The translations under genes were made by a program, and so were the position numbers. The notes under the pieces were generated by a model, which was not told where the DNA came from, searched no databases, and saw only the letters and a list, made by a program, of their open reading frames with translations. A stretch of 64,000 nt of DNA from Felis catus (lineage: Eukaryota), in assembly GCF_018350175.1 (NCBI RefSeq), contig NC_058373.1, forward strand, positions 102,860,001-102,924,000, in the 5' to 3' direction. This document shows, piece after piece, positions 49,926 to 60,931 of the stretch. How positions within the stretch are numbered: position 1 is the first letter of the stretch; each line of letters starts with the position of its first letter.

Positions 49926-51664
49926 TTTGGCTAGTTTTCTGTCCCTTATGTGTTCTAAAAGTTTGTTACGTGCCCTGCATCTGCGAGCACTACTATATTA
50001 TACTATATTAAAGAGGGGTCATACACTATCCAGGGCCTGGCCCTTCAGGAGGTGTTTTTTTGTTTTTTTTTTTTGTTTTTTGGTTTTTTTTTTTTTTGGA
50101 GAGTGTTACTTGTTGTCTGTTGTTTTGACTTTGGTTACTTTATCTCCCTACCCGTATTGATGTTTTGGACCTTCCACCAGGTGTGCTTTGATTTTTTCAT
50201 TGAAGTAGCCCTGGAAAGGAAAACAAACAGACAAGCAAACAAAAAACAAACAGAAAACAAAAACATGCAAACACACAAACAAAGAAAGAAAACCAAAAAT
50301 AAAAAACAGAAACACCAGCTACAAGTAAGCAACAGGGTGGAGGCATTGCTGATGGAAGAGGACTTATCTCTTAAAAAGAGAGAAATGACAGGGGCATGGA
50401 AAAAGAAAGAATAAAAATTGACCAGAGAAACTATAAGGCTTAATCCAGATAGAGAGAAAGGAAAATAAAGAAGGAGGAGGCGGGGAAGAAAAAGAAGATA
50501 AAGTTATCCAGACAGAGAACCTCTATGGCTGAATCCATAGAGAGAAAACAGAGAATAAAGGAGGTGTGGAACATGTATCAAGAGAATGGATTAAATATGT
50601 CTGCTTAAACAAACCAATAACCAGAGTAACCAGCCTAGAGAAGGGAAGAGACAAGAAGGAGAAAAGGAAGAAAGAACATATCTATATAGCAAGAATTGTC
50701 GAGAATTAAACCAGGCAATGCAGCAGCGCTGGTCTGGAGGAGGGGGCCATCTGGTTCCTCAGCGTCTATCCCACTCCAGTAGATACCCAGTTACCCAGGG
50801 CAGTGGGGCGTGGTTTGGTGTAGGTGGGTCCCGCCTCCACTGTGGACCCCACAGACCGATCCCTGAGCCCCCCCCCCCCAACTTGGTGATGGTGGGGAGA
50901 AAAATGGTGACCCCCCCTCGGCTCACTAACCTCCCCCCCCCCCCCCCCCAGTCTCTCCTCCACATACCAGGTGTCCCAAGCCACTCTTTTGGAGCCATTC
51001 TCACTGTGCGCGGGTGCAAATGAGGCCGTGGGTGCGAAAGAGGCCGTTTGTCTTGCTCCGCCGACTCCCGTGCCTGGAGCTTGGCTGGGCTTTAAACTCT
51101 CTCTCTCCGTGTGCCCCAGGAACTGGGGAAAAGCCGCGCTGCACCACCCGATATATGGTCCTGTCCCAGGCACTCCAGGGAGGGGATCGCTTTCTCCTAC
51201 TGGGCACTGCGCCCCCGACCTAGCCACCGAGTGGGGGCTGGCTCCCCTCCTCCCCAGGTGCGGGATCAGGGCTGCCAGTCTGGTCCAGAGAAAGCCCCGC
51301 AGTTGAGATTGGATCTTTCTCCCCGGTCCGAGGTTTTTCACTAGTCCTATGCTTCCCCAGCCTCTCTTTCTCTTCCACAGAAGCAGATCCCTCCCCTCTG
51401 TTGGTTTTATCTCTCCCCGTTCGCAGTCACTCATCTGTGGCTCTGCAGATTGTCCCGGTGGTTCCCTGGAAGCGCGACTGTCTCTTTTCCTCCTGGACTC
51501 TTGGTGTTCAAAGTCCTTTGGCTTCAACACTTCTTTTTTTGTGAGAGGAGGGAAGTTCGGATTCCCCTACTTCTCCACCATGTTGGCCCCTCCCTCAGTA
51601 AATTCTTTATAAAAGCCAACCACATTAAATTTGAATTCATTTTTCCTTCCAGGAATTACCTTCA

Positions 51665-51800
51665 CAGAGAAGGAAGGAAAGAGGGAGGGAGGGAAAGGGG
51701 GAGGGATGGAAGGAAAGAACAAAAGAAGGAAGGAAGGAAGGAAGGAAGGAAGGAAGGAAGGAAGGAAGGAAGGAAGGAAGAAGAAAGAATGGAAGAAAGA
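51665..51800. repeat. (GGAA)n purine-rich microsatellite
   Basis: Seen directly. Confidence 0.97.
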
Positions 51801-52124
51801 GAATAACAAGAAACAGAATAGGCTGCCCCAGATGGAGTCTGCCCTTATTAGTGTACAACATTAATGCATTTCCATTATTAAAATGAGGGTTGAAACTGCC
51901 CCTCAGGATTGGCTAATGGCATGGTTATGCCATAAAAAGGCCATTGTTCTCTGGGAATAAGATACTACTCTTTTCAAGGCAGGGGTTCTTACACCACCAG
52001 GAAAAATCAATTATTAACTGATACTTGGAAAATGAGATTCCCCTCACATGGGGGGAAATGATTGACTTCCGAAGGACTGCTTCTGAGATTGCAGATAAAA
52101 CTAGTGATTGCACAGTTTTATGTA

Positions 52125-52575
52125 CAGTGGTTCCCTCCTTGTTCACTTTCTACTGTCCCAGTTACCTGCAGTCAATTGTGGTCCAGAAGTAGACGATCCT
52201 CCTTCTGACAAATCTTCAGTAGTAGCCTAAAGTTACATCACAATGCTTACTTCATTCACTTCACTGCATCTTATCATGGAGGCATTTTCTCATCATACAA
52301 CATCACAAGAAGAAGTGTGAGTACATACAATTAAGATATTTTGAGAGACTACATTCACATAACTTTTATTACAGTGTATTGTTATAATTGTTCTATTTTA
52401 TTATTAGTTATTATTGTTAGTCTCTTGCTGTGCCTCATTTATAAATTAAGCTTCATCATAGGTATATATGTATAGGAAAAAAACATAGTATATATAGGGT
52501 TCAATAATATGCACTGTTTCAGCCATCTACTAAGGGTCTTGGAATGTATCTCCCATGGATAAGGAGGGGCTACTG
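52125..52575. mobile_element. MER44/Tigger7-derived non-autonomous DNA transposon
   Basis: TIR-like ends cagtggttccctcctt and aaggaggggctactg, flanked by TA on both sides. Confidence 0.88.
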
Positions 52576-52714
52576 TATCTATGAAACACCTGTGACACAA
52601 AATGCCCAGTTGCAGTGTGTTTTTATAGAGAAAACTATAAAATAAGGTGCCAAGGAGAATCAACATCCATCCATCCACCCCTTCATCCATCCACCCACTC
52701 ACCCATCCAGCCAT

Positions 52715-52950
52715 CTGTAATGGTTAAGAGGAGGGACTCTGGATCCTGGGTGTAAATTTGACCTCTACTGCTTAATAGCTGCATGTCCTTAAGCATGTCC
52801 TTTAACCTCGTTATGAAGTTTAGTCATCTATAAAATTGGAATAATATTAGTTCCCACCATATAACGTTGGTCTGAGAATTAAGTGAGTTAATATATATAA
52901 GGCTGGAGCCTGGCAGATAACAAAAATTTGGGTGTTAACTATTATTCACT
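52715..52950 (+). mobile_element. MIR
   Basis: Motifs gtaatggttaagag, tcatctataaaattggaataat and gaattaagtgagttaata. Confidence 0.75.
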
Positions 52951-53074
52951 TAACCAGTGTTTCTAGAACTCCCAGTATGTATTGGGCACACTTTTCCCAT
53001 TAAATATTCATCTACAAGAACATTGTCAATGGTTGTATACTATTCCATGAAATATATATGGATATACCTTGGTA

Positions 53075-53487
53075 CAGTGATTTTTAAAAATCTGTTTAAA
53101 TTCATGTTAGTTAACATATAGTGTAATAATGGTTTCATGAGTAGAATTTAGTGATTTCATCACTTACATATAACACCCTGCTCATCCCAACAAGTGCCCT
53201 CCTTAATGCCCATCACCCATTCAGCCCATCCCCTCCACCTATCTCCCCTCCAGCCACCCTCTGTTTGTTCTCTGTATTTAAGAGTCTCTTATAGTTTGCC
53301 ACCCTCTCTGTTTTTGATTCTTAAATTTTAACCTGCATCAGAAGGGCTTGTTAAAGAAGATTACTGGACCCACCTATAGAGTTTCTAATTGAGGAGGCCT
53401 GAGGCACTTTGTAAGAATCTGCATTTGTAACAAGTTCCCAGGGGCTGCTGTTGCTGCCCATAGGGGACCACACTCTAAAAGTCACTA
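53075..53487. mobile_element. MER5A-like element with a short carnivore L1 3' end (53089-53314, -) inserted near its end
   Basis: L1 3' UTR flanked by tgatt(t/c)ttaaa; MER5A motifs gaatctgcatttgtaacaagttcccagg and ggggaccacact. Confidence 0.8.
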
Positions 53488-53710
53488 TGTTAATATTTTT
53501 AACTAATGTCGTATTTTTAAATATTTAAATAGTTTTAGAAAGCTTTTGGGCAACCAGAATTCTTAGCAGTCACTGACAGGTAACTGTGGATTAGTTTATC
53601 AGATAAATGAGGAAAATGATTTGGACAGTGTCTAAGATCCCTATGTCAGATACCTGTTAAACAGTTCTTCCAATCTTCTTAGCCTCACCTGTGTTGTATT
53701 CTGGCCACTG

Positions 53711-54031
53711 CTGTAGGGACCAGTTGAGGGAGAGCTCAGATCAGCCTCATGCAGTTGCAGTGAGCTGTGCCTCACCTCAGGCCTAGCTCTTGCATTACTC
53801 AGTACTCACCTTAGAGCTTTTTTATTGATGCCTCAGCTTGGATTCCTGAGATATTTACTAGGCTTGCACGTTGTACTATCCAAGGCAGTTATGTGCCCCC
53901 ACCCTGCCTTTCAGGTTGGCACTCTTCATAATGCATCCTTCACCCCTCTCCCAAACCTTCCCTAGGATCACACTTTCCAATCAAGTGTGGCTGTTAAGGC
54001 TTAATCTCAGGCTCTGCTTTGTGAGGAACCT
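53711..54031 (+). mobile_element. LTR16-like ERVL LTR (degenerate)
   Basis: Ends ctcaggctctgctttgtgaggaacc...ggca. Confidence 0.55.
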
Positions 54032-55433
54032 GGGCTGGGCAATCCTTTTCAGTGTAAAATTTAAGTTTACTGACTGGTTTCCCCCATGATTGCTTAGTGG
54101 GAGAAAGGCAGAAAACAAGAAGAGTTCTAAAATTGGGATAAATGGATCAGGTTTTAAGAAGTCTGAGAACTCTCTCAAATTGAATGCAAAATTGTGTGCA
54201 TGCGTGCATTTTTTTTTCCTGAGAGAAGTCCATTGCATTCAACAGATCATCAAAATAAACAGTCAGTAACATGGAGAGAAGAAAAAGGAAGGAAAGTAGA
54301 AATTTGGGTTATAAGGCAGTGTTTGAGACAGTAGAGATGGGACACGTTAGTGTAGATTCTAGGTAGCTGGAGGGTGGTAGTTGGGGGGTGAAGAGGAAAG
54401 AGTGAAAAAAAAAAAGGAAGTAGGAGTAGATGGAAAACAGGTTTCTCTGATTTACAGCTGGACCTAGCTGGGAAGCTTCTCTGGCATTCACTGCAGTCTT
54501 TTACCACTGTTCAGATAGCCCATGCTGAATGAACATCTGCTTCAGAACCCACTTGTCTTGCTATTGCTTGGTTTCCTGATTTGTTAAAGAAGGGGATTGA
54601 CATTAAGAATTTCTAAAGAACTTTTAGCAAGAAAATACTTGCCTCCTCCTCCTTCATGTCCTTATGGTTTGACTTGTGGTGGTTTTTATCTTAGGAAAAC
54701 CTAGAATTTTTTGGTTTTACCACTGAGTGGAGGAACCCCAGCGTGGTACTTAGCTGGAGCCCTACCTATCCAGCCCTCGCCACCTGAAGTGTCATGCTGG
54801 AAAGAAAATTATGTTAATTGAATTTTGGGGCATTGTGCCTTTGGAGCAGGCAACCAGAGAGTCATATCTAATTTACGTACTGATAGGAGTTGAAAAATGA
54901 TGCCTTCTAATGAACAAAATGCCTGCAACTTGTCTGGCTTAACAATTAGCATAAAAGTGTTCATCACATTGGCATACAGTTAGAAGGCTGGAGAAATTTG
55001 CCTCTAAAAATTCATTGAAGCAGAGTTCTCTCTCCATTTTTGGTGTCTGTGTAGTTTATAGTTATTTTGACAGTCCTGAAAGCAGAAACCAGAATCTGAT
55101 TAAAGACCAGTGTTTGATACTAGTGGTTGGTTGTATTTGTTTGATTGGTGATAGCCCTAGAGAGTGAGAAGAGAAATCCCCAACATCTATAACATAGTAG
55201 CTCATGGTGACATTGGTTAGAAAAGCCTGGTTTGAGGAGGACCAATTTCTCCCTTCCTACCCTTTGAATGTAGGGGCTCAACAGCTCTAGGCTGGCCATA
55301 CTTCTACAAGCTTCACATGACTGTTTAGAAATGAAAGATTTATTTTCATAATGCTGCCCAGATGCTTCGATTGACTTCTGCCCACCACCAGAATTGACAG
55401 GTTGTTTTAGCCTCAGCTCTCTTTGGCCTTCCC

Positions 55434-55435
<2 letters not shown>

Positions 55436-55482
<47 letters not shown>
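55436..55482. repeat. (TG)n microsatellite
   Basis: Seen directly. Confidence 0.98.
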
Positions 55483-55484
<2 letters not shown>

Positions 55485-55489
55485 AGACT

Positions 55490-55985
55490 ACTGTGAATTT
55501 GTACATGAATGTCCATAGAAGCACTATTCACAGTAGCCCAAAGTGGAAACCACTCAAATGTCCATCAACAGATGAATGTATAAACAAATCATGGTGTATC
55601 CAAACAATGGAATATTGGTCAGCCATAAGCTAGAATGAAATACTGTCATGCTACAATATGGATGAGTCATGAAAACATTATGCTAAGTGAAAGAAGCCAG
55701 ACACAAATGGACAAATATTTCATATTTCCATTTATATGAAATATCCAGAATAGGTAAATCCATAGGGATAGGAAGCAGATTGGTGGTTGCTGGGAGTTGC
55801 GGAGGGAAGGGGGCTGGGAAGAAATTAGTTAATAGGTGTGGAGTTTCCTTTCAGGATGATGAAGAGGTTTTGACACTTGATATAGGTGGTATATATACAA
55901 CATTGTGAATTAACTAAATGCCAATGTATTGTAAACTTTGAAATGGTTAATTTTATGTCATGTGAGTTTCACCTCAGTAAAAATG
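55490..55985 (+). mobile_element. L1MB-like ORF2 end and 3' UTR
   Basis: KCPSTDECINK motif, then tgctaagtgaaagaagccagacac and aatggttaattttatg. Confidence 0.88.
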
Positions 55986-58102
55986 AAAACCAGATTCTTC
56001 TGAATGCGGTGTGGAGGCTGGGTTAGAAGGGTAGATTTCAAAACTATTGTAACAGTCCAGGTGAGAAATCCTGATGGCTTGGACAAAGGTGGTGCCTGTG
56101 AAGGTAGAAAGGAGCAGATGGCTCCGAGAGATATTGAGGTAATTACGAAACACTAATGACCAACCCTCATATCACAGAAACCCCATTGTTGGTGTCAAAA
56201 TAAAAGAAAAAAAGGGAAATGAGAGGAATTCTTCTCTGGGGGTTTTAGCTGAATTTCTTGCACTAGACCCTTAGAGCTCCTTGATTTTATAGCTACACAT
56301 ATAGTAAAATGTATTTGGTATTGGCAGCCATTGTGTAGCTATGTCACAGGCCATTTTAGGCTTTGTGGGGAAAAATTTCTTGGGAACTTGTGTACTGGTC
56401 ACTTTTCTACCATCTTATTGTTTCTGAGAAGCCTGTCTGTAATTGAGGAGCAAACATACCAGAGACACCCATCCAGTCCTGGATGGTCACATCACACCCC
56501 CAAGGAAGCTAACAGCTTACACTTTGATGTGCAGTTGGCACAGATGAGTCAATAAGCTTATTGAAACAAGAGGGAAAAATCTTTGGCATGTTTTCCCTGA
56601 GCACCCTCAAGAAAGTGCAAATTAAAGAAAATGGTTCAAACTGACCATATATAATTAGACCAGGGGAATTCTCTGCCTCCCTCATCCCCATATTAAGTCT
56701 CTCCAAGATTAGCTTTGGGGATATATATTTAGTTTCTACCGTAGAAGAGGATCTTCAGTATCTTCTGTTTTTATTGTAAAAAATAGATTGAGGCATTCAT
56801 TGACTGGCCATAGAACAGTCTAGCAGAGCCCATTAGTATGAGTGCACCACATCTGAAATTGTTCAAAAGTCCTTTTTCCCTTCCCAATCTTATCATCTTT
56901 CTCTGTAATGAAGATTATTATTTAAAAAAAAAAATTGTCCCAAAGCGAGGCAAGTCCCAGTGGTTATTTTTTATCATGAATTAATCTCCTTCCTGAGAGA
57001 TTGAGGGCCTTCTGGGTGGATCTTGCTGCTAATACCATTCTACGTATACAATTATTTTCTAATAAGCATAGCCTCTATCATTGTTGCTTATAGCTTAATT
57101 ATATTACTTAGGACAAAGACTGGCCCAGGCCTAGTTAAAGACAGTTCAGACAGTAAACCCTAGCTGGCCACCAGGAACAGGACAACACTTCTGGGAATGG
57201 AATGTTAAATGGACATGTGTATTGAGCCCTCTGTATCTGTTCTGCTTGTACAACACTTTGCTCTTGGCCCAAAGACTGGCATTTCCAAGGACCCTGGTGC
57301 CTGCCTCACGTAGACTGAAATGTAAACGGTGGGATGCTCCTGACTTCTGTCCTTATGTGTATGTTAAAAAGTGATACAAGGTGTAGTAATAGTCACACAA
57401 TAGAAGAAGCCAGAAAAATCAGCAGTGAAACCTAAATATATTTAAGAAAAAAATGATAGGAGAGGGATTTTCAAAGTATAACTTTGGAAAATTTTAGAGA
57501 AAATATTTTTTCTTTGAGTTTTTTAAATTGCCGAAGTCATGCATGAATAAATCATAGTTATAAAAATTTTGGTTGCCACAGATATAGCTAATTATTTGCA
57601 TTATTGACTGCTACCAATATAGCAGTCATCTTTTACTCCCCATACCCCCATCCCACCCCAATAACTTCACTAATAATAGAATTCCTGAGCAAAAATGAAA
57701 TTGTTTGAGCCTTAACATGCACTGAAGCAATTTGGGCCTGCTTTTGAACTTACCAGAAGCTGAATATTTTTTCAAAAACTTTATGTTATTCCACTTTAAA
57801 GGACCCCTGGTCTAGTGTTGGCACAGAATTGTGTAAGGCCTTGAAGCTTTTAAAAGAATAGTGATGTCATGAGAAATCCAATGACACGGTTAGACCATGA
57901 AGCGGTTAAATCTTCAATGAAGAAAGGAATCTGACTCTTAGGTCAAAAAGACACAAATAATAACACCCAGCCTTTGAGAACTGGAGCAACCCTTTGCGGG
58001 TCATTTGTCCCCATTTTATGAATGAGGAAACTGAGGTCTTCCAAGATAAATACTTTCTCAACACTGATGCTCCTGTTGTGCAGAATTCATCCCTGATATT
58101 TA

Positions 58103-58554
58103 TTTATTTAAAAAATGCTTTATTTATTTTTAAAAAATGCTTTATTTTATTTTTTTAATGTTTTTTTATTTTTGAGAGAGGGAGAGACAGAGTTCAAGCT
58201 GGGGAGGGGCAGAGAGAGAGAGAGGGAGACACATAATCCAAAGCAGGCTCCAGGCTCCGAGCTGCCGCACAGAGCCCGATGCGGGGCTTGAACTCATGAA
58301 CTGTGAGATCATGACCTGAGCCGAAGTCAGACGCTCAACTGACTGAGCCACCCAGGTGCCCCCCAAATGCTTTATTTTTGATAGAGGAAGAGAGTGTGAG
58401 CATAGGAGGGGCAGAGAGAGAAGGGGGTAGAGAATCTGAAGAGGGCTCTGTGCTGACAGCAGAGAGACTGATGCAGGGCTTAAACTCATGAACCGTGAGA
58501 TCATGACCTGAGCTGAAGTCAGATGCTTACCTGACTGAGCCTCCCAGGCTCCCC
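58103..58554 (-). mobile_element. CanSINE with a second CanSINE (58149-58364) in its tail
   Basis: Outer TSD tcatccctgatattta (58087-58102, 58555-58570); inner TSD aaatgctttatttt (58135-58148, 58365-58378). Confidence 0.95.
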
Positions 58555-58983
58555 TCATCCCTGATATTTAAAGTGGTGCTTTTTACCAATCAAATTTGAT
58601 TTTATTTTATCTTATTGATTGACTTGGCTTCATCATCCAGTTGACCTGAACACACTTAGCTAATTCATTCAACAAATATTACTTGAGAATCCATTGTTAC
58701 CAGGCCCTGGGAGGACCAAGCTAGGGAGACCAGGTCTTTCCCCTCAAGGAGCCCACCAAAGACACAGTGATGGTATTAAGTCCTGTAATGAAGGCAAAAA
58801 CACATTCTTATTTTTATGCTTTTGAGGGTTTTTTTCTGCTGCTAATTCTCTTCCCACTCCTTTCTATCCCTTGCACTACTCAGTGACATAACTATCTTTC
58901 CAGACTAGGCTGTGCTGATCTCCTTCCTCTTGTGTCCTTGTTATGCTTACATTTAAGGTACCAACATTTTAGAGGTTGATTCT

Positions 58984-59582
58984 TGTATTAATCAGGATAG
59001 CCAAAATTCCTCTTGAGCAACAAACAACCTCCAAAATCTGTGGTTTCGCAAAACAACAAATGTATTTCTCATTCACACGAAGTCTCCCTTGGAGGTCAAC
59101 AGGGAACCTTTGTTTGTCTTGTCACTCTGGGATCCTGGCTGGCAGAGGCCCTATTTTGACATGCACCTCCATGATGAATGCCACATGGGAGGGGGGTTGG
59201 GGCTGAGTGCCACTAATTAAATGCCTTCATGAAAAAAAAATGGCACCTATCCCTTATTCACATTGCATTGCAAAATACTGGTTATATAGCTAAATTTCTC
59301 TTCAGGGGATGGAGAAGTGCATTCCTTTCTTGTATGTGGGAGGAGGAGAATCTGGATACTTAAAAATAATTTTTTTTAATCATTAAGAGAGAGAGCACAA
59401 GTGGGGTAGGGGTGGAGAGAGAGGGGGATAGAGGATCTGAAGTGGGCTCTGCACTGACAGCCAGATGTGGGGCTTGAACTCACAAACTGCAAGATCATGA
59501 CCTGAGTTGAAGTCATACACTCAACAGACTGAGCCACTCAGGTGCCCCTGGATACTTTTGAACATATATATAATTAACACAA
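58984..59582 (-). mobile_element. Old MLT1 (J/K-like) LTR interrupted by a SINE
   Basis: tgtattaatcaggatag...aacaaacaacctccaaaatct start. Confidence 0.6.
59362..59548 (-). mobile_element. CanSINE
   Basis: TSD tggatactt at 59353-59361 and 59549-59557. Confidence 0.92.
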
Positions 59583-59696
59583 TTATATAGTCCTTATTAG
59601 TGTGCTGGTATTTCCAGCATGTGCATCTTAACTTTATCAAACTGTAAGAATTGCGAAGGTCAATGACTGTGACCTTCTCATTTTGTAAAACCATAG

Positions 59697-59715
59697 TGTC
59701 CACCAGAGGGCCCCA
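59697..59715 (+). promoter_or_regulatory. Candidate CTCF motif
   Basis: tgtccaccagagggcccca closely matches the CTCF core CCASYAGRKGGCRS; motif match only. Confidence 0.35.
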
Positions 59716-60464
59716 AACCAGGCACTTATTACTTTTATGTTTGACCTGAGATTTTGTGAAATCATGTTTAATTAAGCCCAGTTTATGTTATCTTCAGATT
59801 CTGACCTTACCATATGGATCAAAAGCTTTAGAGAAAGCTAAGGCCTGGTTTGTGTTTCTTGCTAGCACAGCTGAGAAAGGGGCTTCTAGGCAGGAAAGCT
59901 GAACTGAAGCCTCCTCTCATTCCTGGACCTGTCTGAATGCCTCCAGTGATTGTCAGTCACTTAACACCACTCCCAAACAGTCATTTGTTCAGCTTATAAC
60001 AAACCAGGCAAGGTGACCACCCACATATATCAAGAATCAGAAGAAATGCACATTCCAGATGACCTTTGAGATTCCTTCTGAGATTCCTTAAAGTTTCTTG
60101 TGGGGAAGATGGTAATGAGATAGAACCTGCACCTTTAAGCTCGCTGAAATACCCCGAGCCCCAGAGTCAGTTGGCCAGTCATCTTCATGATGAATCTATC
60201 ATCTTGGGCTCTTGAGTCTCATTTGTCCTTGCACCCATCCACCTAGGCCTTTTCACAGTCACCCAATTTCTGACCTCTTACCTGTGATGCCTCCTAAACC
60301 TAGGTGCTTCAGACAGATTAATCTTTCAGTGCTTTTTCAATCTTTAAGTTTTTGTTCAACATGTATTTTAAGGGGAGGCTTCCTGGAGGAGAATAGAGAA
60401 GCAGGGTAGCTGATAGTAGTGCTCAGATTCCCCTCTGTTGCCCTAAAAAACTCAGCTCTGGCCC

Positions 60465-60931
60465 TGGATTGGTTACCTATGGCCAACTGTGTAACAAAAG
60501 ACCCCAAAATTAGTGGCTTTAAAATAAGAACCATTTAGTATTTCCCATGCGTCTGTGGGTTAGGCGGGCTCATTCACACATCTGTTCAGCTGGTGAGTGT
60601 GAGGAAGGCTGCCTGGTCTGGGGTGGCCACAGTTGGGATAGCTGAGGTCTCTGTGGGCTTGTCACATGCACATGCCCCACATACCTCCCTAGAGGCTACC
60701 TCAGGCATGTTCTCAGGCTAGCCTACACATGTTCTCATGACAATCACAGAGAAACAAGAGGACATAGAAATGCTCAAATACTGTCTAAAGCCTCTGTACG
60801 TGTCAGGTTTGCTACTGCCCCATTGGCCAAAGGAAGTAACATGGTCCAGCCCTATATGACAGTGGAATGGGGTCCTACAAAGTCACGGGGAGGCCATTAA
60901 TTGAGACCATTAATGCAACCAGTCTACCACA
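60465..60931 (-). mobile_element. MLT1 (H/I-like) LTR
   Basis: Motifs tgtgtaacaaaagaccccaaaattagtggcttt, ccattggccaaag and gcaaccagtctaccaca. Confidence 0.75.

Larger units (their letters stand above)
44981..51596 (-). mobile_element. Full-length (about 6.6 kb) LINE-1, inactive
   Basis: GC-rich 5' UTR, ORF1, ORF2 (EN, RT, C-terminal), 3' UTR and A-rich tail; TSD a(a/g)taaattcttt at 44969-44980 and 51597-51608. Confidence 0.97.

Noticed and set aside
50766..51530. 254-aa ORF and overlapping antisense ORFs in the L1 5' UTR, as a possible ORF0-like gene
   Set aside because: Non-ATG starts, GC-rich stop-poor sequence with homopolymer runs and no recognisable domain; best explained by base composition.
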